Position numbers and translations under genes: made by a program. A stretch of DNA of 34,057 nucleotides from Omnitrophica WOR_2 bacterium GWA2_47_8 (lineage in GTDB: Bacteria > Omnitrophota > Gorgyraeia > Zapsychrales > GWA2-47-8): assembly GCA_001805375.1 (NCBI GenBank), contig MHFY01000022.1, positions 7,240-41,296 on the forward strand, written 5' to 3'. Of this stretch, positions 8,001 through 15,543 are shown one piece after another; position 1 is the stretch's first letter, and every line of letters begins with the position of its first letter. A model generated the notes under the pieces. It worked only from the letters and a program-made list of their open reading frames with translations, had not been told where the DNA came from and ran no database searches.

Positions 8001-8657
8001 ATGGAGACAATAAAAACACTACTGATTGATCCTTTTCTTGAATTGTTAGGCCAAGTCGCCGGGTTTATCCCCACTTTGGTCAGCGTATTATTTATCTTGG
8101 TACTCGGCATCCTACTCGCACGCGTATTACGGGATGTCGTGACAAGATTCTTGAAAGAAATCCGCTTCGATGGGATTGCTGACAAACTAGGGGTAAGCGA
8201 CGCTTTGAAGAAAGGCGAAGTAAAACCTGGTTTCAGTGATCTTATTGGATCGCTATTATATTTGATCGTTATGGTGATCTTTGTCATTATGACGATTAAA
8301 TTAATTGGTCTAACGATGATGACCGATCACGTCAGCGCTATTTTGGGATACATTCCTAAGGTATTCTCAGGCGTTATTATTTTGGTTTTAGGTATGGTAT
8401 TGGCGAAGATCGCCGCCAGCATTGTGCATATTGTTGCACATCTGACTGGTTCACCTAATCCAAAATTAATGGAACGTATCACCAAATGGGCCGTACTTTT
8501 GTACGTGGTCATTATGGCGATTGGCGAATTAGGTTATGGTCATCTCCTTGTAGGTCGTTATTTCGATATGCTTTTTGGCGGCATTGTGTTTGCTTATGCC
8601 TTAGCCTTCGGGTTAGGCGGCAAAGATAAAGCTGCGAAGTATCTCGACAAAAAGTAA
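8001..8657 (+). CDS. Membrane protein with two 'conserved TM helix' repeats (MscS N-terminal-like), no channel body
   Basis: Strong SD 'aaggagg' lies upstream. The repeats 'FIPTLVSVLFILVLGILLARVL' and 'YIPKVFSGVIILVLGMVLAKIA' resemble each other. The protein is 218 aa and mostly hydrophobic. Confidence 0.55.
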   Translation: METIKTLLIDPFLELLGQVAGFIPTLVSVLFILVLGILLARVLRDVVTRFLKEIRFDGIADKLGVSDALKKGEVKPGFSDLIGSLLYLIVMVIFVIMTIKLIGLTMMTDHVSAILGYIPKVFSGVIILVLGMVLAKIAASIVHIVAHLTGSPNPKLMERITKWAVLLYVVIMAIGELGYGHLLVGRYFDMLFGGIVFAYALAFGLGGKDKAAKYLDKK

Positions 8658-8688
8658 GAAATACGCCTATCAAGGCAAGAGCTGTATT

Positions 8689-8724
8689 GGGGCCCACCCC
8701 TTCGGGGTGGGCCCCTTAATTTTC
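8689..8724 (+). terminator. Rho-independent terminator
   Basis: A perfect 12-bp GC-rich stem pairs ggggcccacccc (8689-8700) with ggggtgggcccc (8704-8715). It has a UUC(G) loop and is followed by ttaatttt. Confidence 0.7.
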
Positions 8725-8745
8725 CACTTTTTTTCTCAGATATCC

Positions 8746-8774
8746 TTATACCGCATTGAAAATTTTGCTATAAT
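8746..8774 (+). promoter_or_regulatory. Sigma70-type promoter with extended -10
   Basis: -35 TTATAC (8746-8751), 17-nt spacer, TGc and -10 TATAAT (8769-8774). Confidence 0.4.
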
Positions 8775-8797
8775 TCTAGAATACTCAGAAGACCTGT

Positions 8798-9322
8798 ATG
8801 AAAAAACTTTCCCACTCTCAAATTGTCACGCGTCAAAAGGCCAATATGAAGGAACCTCGCCTTTCCTTTTGCGTTGTTCTTAATAACATCAGAAGCTTAT
8901 TTAATGTCGGCTCTATTTTCCGTACCGCTGATGGGGCAGGCATTGAAAAGATATGGCTTTGCGGCATCACCGGCTATCCGCCGGCGGCGGACATTGCCAA
9001 AACCGCCTTAGGGGCCCAAGAACGCGTGCCCTGGGAGTATACAGCCTCGGCTTTGGATGTTATCAGAAAATTAAAGAAGAAAGGCTATCAAATTGTAGCC
9101 CTTGAGCAGACCACAAAGAGCATCCCCCACCATGAATTTAGGCCAAGGAACAAGGTGTGTTTAGTGATAGGACATGAGATCACCGGTGTCCATGACGATG
9201 TGGTCGATCTGTGCGATGCCGCCATTGAGATCGAGATGATGGGTGTTAAAAACTCTCTCAATGTCGCCGTTGCCTTCGGCATTGCCGCGTATCATATCCG
9301 GCATTGCCTCTTAAAAATATAA
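8798..9322 (+). CDS. SpoU/TrmH-family RNA 2'-O-methyltransferase
   Basis: 'NVGSIFRTADGAG', 'VCLVIGHEITGV' and 'IEIEMMGVKNSLNVAVAFGIAAY' are the three SPOUT knot motifs. Confidence 0.8.
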   Translation: MKKLSHSQIVTRQKANMKEPRLSFCVVLNNIRSLFNVGSIFRTADGAGIEKIWLCGITGYPPAADIAKTALGAQERVPWEYTASALDVIRKLKKKGYQIVALEQTTKSIPHHEFRPRNKVCLVIGHEITGVHDDVVDLCDAAIEIEMMGVKNSLNVAVAFGIAAYHIRHCLLKI

Positions 9323-9324
9323 AT

Positions 9325-9350
9325 ATATTCTTCCAAAAGAATATTTTTTC
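9325..9350 (+). terminator. AT-rich intrinsic terminator candidate
   Basis: Stem atattctt (9325-9332) pairs with aagaatat (9337-9344). The loop is ccaa and a ttttt tract follows. Confidence 0.4.
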
Positions 9351-9402
9351 TGTTATAAATAAAAGAGAATTGAATTTTAGCTTTTAAAAAAGGAGCTACC
9401 GT

Positions 9403-9909
9403 ATGTCTGAAGCGATCAAAGTCCTTTTTATTGATGATGAACCCGATCTCTGTGAGATGGTCAAATTGGCCCTGGAGGGAAAGGGAGGTTATTCTGTTAC
9501 GACCACGACGGACCCGACCGCGGCCGAAAGCCTCTTCACGCAAACCCAGCCGGATATCGTCATTTTGGATAATGTCATGCCTAAGTTAAGCGGGGGAGAC
9601 GTCGCAAAGAAATTAAAAGCCCTGATGACGGAAAGAAAATTCCCGGTCATCATGATCAGCGGAAAAGGCGAATTTGTTTACCTTAAAAAAAGCAAAGAAT
9701 TTAAATGGATGCCGAACGCCCCTGCTGTCAAAACACGAGGCCCTCTTCCCGATATCAAGAATTCTGAAGAATTAGCCAAGCATTACGGTGTCACCCGCTA
9801 TGCTACTAAGCCATTTACCGTCGATTTTCTCATTGAGGCGATGGGAGAAGAGTTGGCAAAATTTGTCGTACGCAAAAAAGACGAAACCGACGATACGCAG
9901 ATCATTTGA
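9403..9909 (+). CDS. Stand-alone receiver-domain protein with an insertion between beta4 and beta5
   Basis: SD 'aaggag' lies upstream. Motifs are 'VLFIDDEPD', 'DIVILDNVMP', 'VIMISGKG' and 'YATKPF'. About 46 aa separate ISGKG from TKPF, against roughly 20 in canonical receivers. Confidence 0.7.
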   Translation: MSEAIKVLFIDDEPDLCEMVKLALEGKGGYSVTTTTDPTAAESLFTQTQPDIVILDNVMPKLSGGDVAKKLKALMTERKFPVIMISGKGEFVYLKKSKEFKWMPNAPAVKTRGPLPDIKNSEELAKHYGVTRYATKPFTVDFLIEAMGEELAKFVVRKKDETDDTQII

Positions 9910-9915
9910 TTTTTT

Positions 9916-10206
9916 ATGATAAGGATACTCTTTATAGCTTTAATGGTCTGGGCGGCTGTGGCATTGTGCGCCACGCTCCTTGACCGCGGTTTTTATATCT
10001 GGCTTCTTAGTCAAGCCAGGAAAAAAGGTCTTTACCCTTTTAACAAACCCACCCTTGATGATGTTAAGGAACTGCTCCGCAGAGGGGATAAACTGCTGGC
10101 CATCCGTCTTTATGGCCAGATATACCGGCTAAATCACAAACAGGCCGCGTTAGAGGTAGACCTCCTGGAAAGAAACCTGGATAAAAATAACACCTCCAGG
10201 CCTTGA
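9916..10206 (+). CDS. Small single-pass membrane protein, unknown function
   Basis: It starts 6 nt after the receiver gene. It has an N-terminal hydrophobic helix and a C-terminal 'DDVKELLRRGDKLLAIRLYGQIYRLNHKQAALEVDLL' segment. Confidence 0.45.
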   Translation: MIRILFIALMVWAAVALCATLLDRGFYIWLLSQARKKGLYPFNKPTLDDVKELLRRGDKLLAIRLYGQIYRLNHKQAALEVDLLERNLDKNNTSRP

Positions 10207-10244
10207 TCGGGAATGAAAGAGCCCCGGATCGTTATTTTTTCATC

Positions 10245-11102
10245 ATGAACGTCGCTGTTTTGGGAACAGGTCTCATGGGGTATCCAATGGCCGAGCGGCT
10301 TCTTCGGGCTGGCCATCGGGTCATTGCCTTTAACCGCACGGTTAAAAAGGCCACGCCCTTGAAAGATCTGGGTGCGGCCGTTACGAAAAGCCCTAAAGAA
10401 GCGATAGAACACTCCCAATGCATCATCCTCATGCTCGCCAACGCCGAAGCTATCCAAACGGCATTATTTTCTTCAAAAATTCCTTTAAAGAATAAAACCA
10501 TTATTCAAATGGGCACCATTTCTCCCGAGGAAAGCAGAAAATTCCATAAAAAGATTATAAAGCAGGGCGGACAATATCTGGAGTGCCCGGTTCTCGGTAG
10601 CCGAAAAGAGGCCCGGGAAGGGACTTTAATTTTGATGGTGGGAAGTACCCTTAAGCAGTTCAAACAGTGGAGGGGCCTTCTAAGATGCTTTGGCCCAGCA
10701 CCGAAGTGGGTCGGCACAGTGGGGAAAGCGGCTGCGCTTAAACTCGCCTTAAATCAGATGATAGCCTCTATGATCTCGGCCTTTGCCTTAAGCCTTGGGT
10801 TTGTTAAGCGTCAAGGCGTGAAGGTTGATGATTTTATGGGGATCTTGCGTAAAAGCGTTCTTTACGCGCCTACTTTTGATAAAAAACTTCCGCAAATGCT
10901 CAAGGCGGATTACATGAATCCAAACTTTTCAACCCGCAATATGTTAAAAGACGTTAATCTTTTTCTAAAGGAAGCGAAATCCAAAAGGCTTGCCATCCCA
11001 GCCCTCCAGGGAATACGCGGGATCCTTATTAAGACGATAGGGAAGGGGTTTTCCGACGATGATTATTGTTCCATTTTTGAAACTATCTCTCCCCGCAAAT
11101 AG
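10245..11102 (+). CDS. NAD(P)-dependent oxidoreductase, 3-hydroxyisobutyrate dehydrogenase/6PGDH-NAD-binding family
   Basis: Rossmann motif 'VAVLGTGLMGYPMAERLLRAGHRVIAFNRT' sits at the N-terminus if the ATG at 10245 is used. The track's 10203 start overlaps the previous gene. Confidence 0.8.
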   Translation: MNVAVLGTGLMGYPMAERLLRAGHRVIAFNRTVKKATPLKDLGAAVTKSPKEAIEHSQCIILMLANAEAIQTALFSSKIPLKNKTIIQMGTISPEESRKFHKKIIKQGGQYLECPVLGSRKEAREGTLILMVGSTLKQFKQWRGLLRCFGPAPKWVGTVGKAAALKLALNQMIASMISAFALSLGFVKRQGVKVDDFMGILRKSVLYAPTFDKKLPQMLKADYMNPNFSTRNMLKDVNLFLKEAKSKRLAIPALQGIRGILIKTIGKGFSDDDYCSIFETISPRK

Positions 11103-11121
11103 TTTTATCAGAAATTCATCT

Positions 11122-11150
11122 TTGACTTATTAAGTTCATTTGGCTATAAT
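11122..11150 (+). promoter_or_regulatory. Sigma70-type promoter of the trehalose operon
   Basis: -35 TTGACT (11122-11127), 17-nt spacer and -10 TATAAT (11145-11150). Confidence 0.55.
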
Positions 11151-11166
11151 TTAGACAAATTGGAAG

Positions 11167-11208
11167 CATGGGGCCGTCCCCCTTTTTAAAAGAGGGGACG
11201 GCCCCATG
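11167..11208 (+). promoter_or_regulatory. 15-bp perfect GC-rich stem-loop in the otsA leader
   Basis: catggggccgtcccc (11167-11181) is the exact reverse complement of ggggacggccccatg (11194-11208). The element lies downstream of the predicted promoter and upstream of the likely otsA start. Confidence 0.6.
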
Positions 11209-11221
11209 TATTTATAAAACT

Positions 11222-12703
11222 ATGTGGACAAAAAAAAACTTACAAGCATTGACCCAGGAAAAAATGGGCGATTACCGTTTTGTCGTTGCCTCTAATCGGC
11301 AGCCCTATGTGCACAGTTTTTCTAGAGGAAAAAAGATTGGATGGCAGCGCGGTGTGGGCGGTGTCATAAGCGCGCTTGACCCGGTGATGCAGGCCTGTCA
11401 GGGCTTATGGGTCGCATATGGTAATGGCGATGCGGATCAAAAGGTCACATCCAAAGATGGAAAAGTGAAAGTTCCTCCGGATAAGCCTTCTTATCTGTTA
11501 AAACGGGTCTGGCTTAACAAAGAGGAGGAAATGGGTTATTATTACGGCTATTCGAATGAGGTCCTGTGGCCGCTGTGTCATATGGCGTTTAAACGCCCGG
11601 TTTTTCGGCAGGAAGACTGGGAGTATTATAAGCGTGTTAATGAAAAATTTGCAAAGGCTATTGTAGAGGAAATCAACGGCAAAAAGGCCTTTGTCTGGAT
11701 CCAGGATTACCATTTATGCCTTTTGGCTAAATATTTAAAGCAGCTGGCTCCGTATCAGATCATCACCGCCCATTTTTGGCATATCCCTTGGCCCAGCTAT
11801 GAAGTCTTTCGTATCTGCCCTCAGAAGAAAGAAATCTTGGAAGGTCTTTTGTGCAATGATCTGCTGGGATTTCATACCCGCTATCACTGCAATAATTTTT
11901 TAGATGTGATCGACCGCGAGTTGGAAAGCAAGATCGACCGCGAAAGGGAGTCTGTTGTTAAGAACGAACACGAAACCTTGATACGCTCATATCCGATCAG
12001 TGTGGATTACCAGGGGATACAGACAATGTCGGAATCATCCGAGGTAAAGGCTTTCCAGGATGCGTTGGTCGAAGAGTTTCAGCTTTCTGGTTTGAGGGTT
12101 TTGGTGGGGTTGGATCGCATTGACTATACCAAAGGGATCCCCGAGAGATTGCTGGCCATCGATCGATTGTTGGAAAAACATCCTGAATTGAGAGAGCAGG
12201 TTGTCTTTTTGCAGATCGGGGTCGTGACCCGGCTGCATTTGACCCCGTATAAAGACCTTAATGACGAGATCAATGCCTTAGTTGAGCAGATCAATTGGAA
12301 ACATTCCACGCCCGGCTGGAAACCGATTATTTTTGTCCGGCGGCATTTTTCGCTCATTGAACTCTTGGCCCTTTATCGGATCAGCGAGGCAGGGATCGTC
12401 AGCTCTCTGCACGATGGGATGAACCTGGTGGCCAAGGAGTACGTCGCCAGCCGCACAGACGGCAAGGGGATGTTGGTCTTGAGCCAATTTACCGGGGCCG
12501 CACGGGAATTGACGGATGCTGTCTTGATCAATCCGTTTGATAAAGAACAGTTCAGCGACGGCCTTTATATGGCCCTTTCCCTTGCGGAAGAAGAACGCAA
12601 TAAACGCATGACGAAGATGCGTGAAATACTTCAAAATAATAATATTTATCGTTGGGCAGGAAAAATTATCTCCGAACTATTAAAATTCGAGTTTGCAGAA
12701 TGA
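11222..12703 (+). CDS. otsA: Alpha,alpha-trehalose-phosphate synthase (GT20)
   Basis: Motifs are 'VVASNRQPY', 'YYYGYSNEVLWPLCH', 'WIQDYHL', 'GLDRIDYTKG' and 'SSLHDGMNLVAKEY'. The start is uncertain. The ATG at 11168 lies inside the hairpin; 11222 is used here; 11264 has the best SD (agga) and gives 'MGDYRFVV'. Confidence 0.85.
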   Translation: MWTKKNLQALTQEKMGDYRFVVASNRQPYVHSFSRGKKIGWQRGVGGVISALDPVMQACQGLWVAYGNGDADQKVTSKDGKVKVPPDKPSYLLKRVWLNKEEEMGYYYGYSNEVLWPLCHMAFKRPVFRQEDWEYYKRVNEKFAKAIVEEINGKKAFVWIQDYHLCLLAKYLKQLAPYQIITAHFWHIPWPSYEVFRICPQKKEILEGLLCNDLLGFHTRYHCNNFLDVIDRELESKIDRERESVVKNEHETLIRSYPISVDYQGIQTMSESSEVKAFQDALVEEFQLSGLRVLVGLDRIDYTKGIPERLLAIDRLLEKHPELREQVVFLQIGVVTRLHLTPYKDLNDEINALVEQINWKHSTPGWKPIIFVRRHFSLIELLALYRISEAGIVSSLHDGMNLVAKEYVASRTDGKGMLVLSQFTGAARELTDAVLINPFDKEQFSDGLYMALSLAEEERNKRMTKMREILQNNNIYRWAGKIISELLKFEFAE

Positions 12704-13515
12704 AACTTTCCTCGGCTACAGTAAAATGGTCTGCGATCGAAAAACGCCTTAAAGAAGCGGAGTATTTTTATCTTTTTCTGGATTATGACGGGACGTTAAC
12801 TCCCATTGCCGCGACCCCGCAAGAGGCCGTGTTATCGCCGGAAGTGAAAGGCCTTTTGCAGAAATTATTAAAATGCCCTCATTGTAAACTTGCTATTATC
12901 ACCGGCCGGAGTTTGGATGACATCAAAACCAGGGTGGCGCTTAAAAATGTCGTTTATGTCGGCAATCATGGGTTTGAGATCGAGGGCGGGGATCTAAAGT
13001 TCAATAGTTTAATAACCCCGAAGCTGCGCAATATTTTTGAAGAGATCAAAAAAGAAGTTAAGGGGTTGTCGGTTGAGATGAAGGAGATATTAATTGAGGA
13101 TAAACGGGCGACGTTAAGCATTCACTATCGTTTGCTCGATGAAAAGCGCTTTCCTTTATTCTTAAAAGCCGTCCGAGAAATTGTTAAGCCATATCTTGAG
13201 CAAAAGGAAATACGCTTGACCGAAGGAAAAAAAGTTATCGAACTGCGCCCGGCCATTGTCTGGGATAAAGGGGAAGCGGTCAAATGGCTTTTAATCAAGG
13301 AGGAATTTAATAAGGGTACAAAAAATATTCTGCCCATTTACATCGGGGATGATGCGACGGACGAAGATGCCTTTGCAACGATCGGCCGCCGGGGCATTAC
13401 CATTATTGTGGGTAAACGCGACAAATCCAAGGCTCAGTATTGCTTGGAAGATACAGAGGATGTCTTCAGGTTCCTGGTCAATATTTTAGAAACGATGAAA
13501 GCAAAGGCCTTATGA
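12700..13515 (+). CDS. otsB: Trehalose-6-phosphate phosphatase (HAD)
   Basis: It forms an ATGA overlap with the otsA stop. HAD motifs are 'LFLDYDGTLTPI', 'IITGRS' and 'IYIGDDATDEDAF'. Confidence 0.85.
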   Translation: MKLSSATVKWSAIEKRLKEAEYFYLFLDYDGTLTPIAATPQEAVLSPEVKGLLQKLLKCPHCKLAIITGRSLDDIKTRVALKNVVYVGNHGFEIEGGDLKFNSLITPKLRNIFEEIKKEVKGLSVEMKEILIEDKRATLSIHYRLLDEKRFPLFLKAVREIVKPYLEQKEIRLTEGKKVIELRPAIVWDKGEAVKWLLIKEEFNKGTKNILPIYIGDDATDEDAFATIGRRGITIIVGKRDKSKAQYCLEDTEDVFRFLVNILETMKAKAL

Positions 13516-14180
13516 CACCAAAGACAGATGAAAAGAAAGGTTTTCGTTTCTATACGCGGTTAAATCTTTCAGGTTTAACGGGGCTTAAGGCCGCCACCCT
13601 GGAAGAATTACTGCAACATATCAAAGAAGTCCCCGGCTCGTGTATCTACCACCATACGCATAGATTTTTGCAACAGCATCAGTATCTGTCTCCTGAACCG
13701 CCCAATGATTTTGCCTATTGGGTCACTCATATCCTAGGTGACGATAGGCTGGGAGAAGATCTGGCCAGTATCGATACGGTCCAATTCACGACGATACGCG
13801 AATTGCGTGAGAAGATCGTGACCGTCATAGAAGAATACCTTAAAAAGTATCCTTCGGCGAAGCGAAGATTTGTTAACGAAGAGCAGGCCTTTTCTTTTAT
13901 TAAATCCATGAGTTTTATCTTGCCGACCCACTATATTGCTTCAAACTTAAGAGAATTTATCGAAATTTTGCGCAAGGTCACCATTGACTCGATTTATTTC
14001 CATATCTTTGAAGCCCGGCTGAGATTAGAGAAAAAGAGTAATGATTTCTCGAATTGGATCGAAAGTTTTCTGGGTGATAAAGAGTTAGCGGAGAAGATCG
14101 CCCAACTCGACCCTTATACGCAGACATTGGAAGATCTGCGCCAAGCGCTTATCCGGATCCTTGAGCGAAAGTTGAAATAA
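13512..14180 (+). CDS. Conserved-looking hypothetical protein embedded in the trehalose operon
   Basis: It forms an ATGA overlap with the otsB stop and ends 1 nt before treT. It encodes a soluble 222-aa protein (FRFYTRLNLSGLTG...HHTHRFLQQHQY...). I recognise no catalytic motif. Confidence 0.55.
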   Translation: MTPKTDEKKGFRFYTRLNLSGLTGLKAATLEELLQHIKEVPGSCIYHHTHRFLQQHQYLSPEPPNDFAYWVTHILGDDRLGEDLASIDTVQFTTIRELREKIVTVIEEYLKKYPSAKRRFVNEEQAFSFIKSMSFILPTHYIASNLREFIEILRKVTIDSIYFHIFEARLRLEKKSNDFSNWIESFLGDKELAEKIAQLDPYTQTLEDLRQALIRILERKLK

Positions 14181-14181
14181 T

Positions 14182-15396
14182 ATGATGCCTAAAATCGATG
14201 ATTATATCCCTATTGTCGGCCAATCGGTGATCGATGACCTTCGTCTTTTGGCCGATCATCTTAAAGGTAAACGCATCCAGCATATTAATTCAACCGCGGT
14301 CGGAGGCGGAGTGGCTGAGATCTTAAACCGCATGGTGCCTCTTTTAAAGGAATTAGGTGTTAATACCCATTGGGATGTGATCAAGGGCGGGGAAAAATTC
14401 TATGATGTGACCAAAAAATTCCATAACGCGCTTCATGGCAAAGAAGGGGATGTCAGCAACGAGGAACTAGCCACATTCTTAGAGAACGGTGAACGTAATT
14501 TAAAGGAAATGGACCTCTCCGCTGATATCGTTTTCGTTCATGACCCGCAGCCCATTACCCTTGTTAAGAAAAAGAAGGAGAATAAATGGATTTGGCGCTG
14601 TCATGTCGATGTCTCCAGACCCAATCCCAAGGTCTGGGAATTCTTAGGCAAATTCATTGCGCAATATGACGCGTCTGTTTTTTCGGCTCCGGGATTTTCG
14701 CCTCAGCTTTCGATCCCGCAATTCCTGATCGCGCCTTCCATTGACCCGTTAAGTGATAAAAATAAGGAGTTGCCGCCGGAAACGATCGAAGCTGTTTTGC
14801 GAAAATATAATATCGTAAAGGATAAGCCGATCGTGACCCAAATTTCCCGTTTTGATTATTTAAAAGACCCGGTGGGCGTCATTGAAGCCTTTAAGCAGGT
14901 CAGAAAATATATCGATTGCCAATTGATCTTAGCCGGGGGAACGGCCAGTGATGATCCGGAAGGGCAGAAGGTGTTGGATGAGGTCATGGAAAAAGCCAAA
15001 GGTGTCCCGGATGTCCATGTGCTCCTTATGCCGCACAATGATATTGAAGTGAACGCCCTGCAGTGCGCCTCAGATGTTATAGTCCAAAAGTCCATCAAAG
15101 AAGGGTTTGGTTTAACGATCTCTGAGGCGTTATGGAAAAGCAAACCGGTCGTTGCCGGCAATGTTGGGGGAATTCCATTGCAGGTGACCCATAAGTATTC
15201 CGGCCTTTTGTGTCATTCCGTGGACGGTTGCGCCTTTGCGATAAAACAGCTTTTAAACAGCCCCGCCTATGCCAAAAAACTCGGCGAAAACGGCCGCGAA
15301 CATGTCCGCAATAATTTCCTTCTCACCCGCCATTTAAAAGAGTATATGCTGCTCTTTCTGTCGTTGTATCATAAGGAAGATGTTGTGTATCTATAG
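14182..15396 (+). CDS. treT: Trehalose glycosyltransferring synthase-like GT4 glycosyltransferase
   Basis: 'HINSTAVGGGVAEIL', 'WIWRCHVD', 'APSIDPLSDKN', 'QISRFDYLKDP', 'DDPEG' and 'KEGFGLTISEALWK' follow the archaeal/bacterial TreT pattern as I recall it. Confidence 0.7.
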   Translation: MMPKIDDYIPIVGQSVIDDLRLLADHLKGKRIQHINSTAVGGGVAEILNRMVPLLKELGVNTHWDVIKGGEKFYDVTKKFHNALHGKEGDVSNEELATFLENGERNLKEMDLSADIVFVHDPQPITLVKKKKENKWIWRCHVDVSRPNPKVWEFLGKFIAQYDASVFSAPGFSPQLSIPQFLIAPSIDPLSDKNKELPPETIEAVLRKYNIVKDKPIVTQISRFDYLKDPVGVIEAFKQVRKYIDCQLILAGGTASDDPEGQKVLDEVMEKAKGVPDVHVLLMPHNDIEVNALQCASDVIVQKSIKEGFGLTISEALWKSKPVVAGNVGGIPLQVTHKYSGLLCHSVDGCAFAIKQLLNSPAYAKKLGENGREHVRNNFLLTRHLKEYMLLFLSLYHKEDVVYL

Positions 15397-15472
15397 TCGG
15401 ATCCTTTAAACCGCCCTCTTTGTTTTTGAGGCTGCCATTGACCGCACATCGATCATTTTAAGCTGATTCTCA

Positions 15473-15501
15473 TTGGTAATCTTCTTTGAGCATTGTATAC
15501 T
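15473..15501 (+). promoter_or_regulatory. Candidate sigma70-type promoter
   Basis: -35 TTGGTA (15473-15478), 17-nt spacer and -10 TATACT (15496-15501). Confidence 0.3.
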
Positions 15502-15543
15502 ATCACTGTTGCGCAATTTATCCCTCACAGGAGATCGATCAAT

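Noticed and set aside
7822-8013. 63-aa + strand ORF covering the leader of the 8001 gene
   Set aside because: It has a non-ATG start and no SD. It reads straight through the terminator hairpin and the SD of the real gene, and its sequence is Cys/Arg/Ser-rich and looks like noise.
11168-11221. N-terminal extension of otsA (track start 11168)
   Set aside because: That ATG sits inside the 15-bp perfect hairpin, with the only purine-rich stretch 1 nt away. GT20 homology begins near 'YRFVVASNR', so a downstream start (11222 or 11264) is more plausible.
15446-15543. Two copies of ATCGATCA(T/A)T flanking the candidate UbiA promoter (near 15448 and 15534) as possible operators
   Set aside because: GATC-containing words are very common throughout this sequence, so two 8-mers about 85 nt apart are not convincing on their own.
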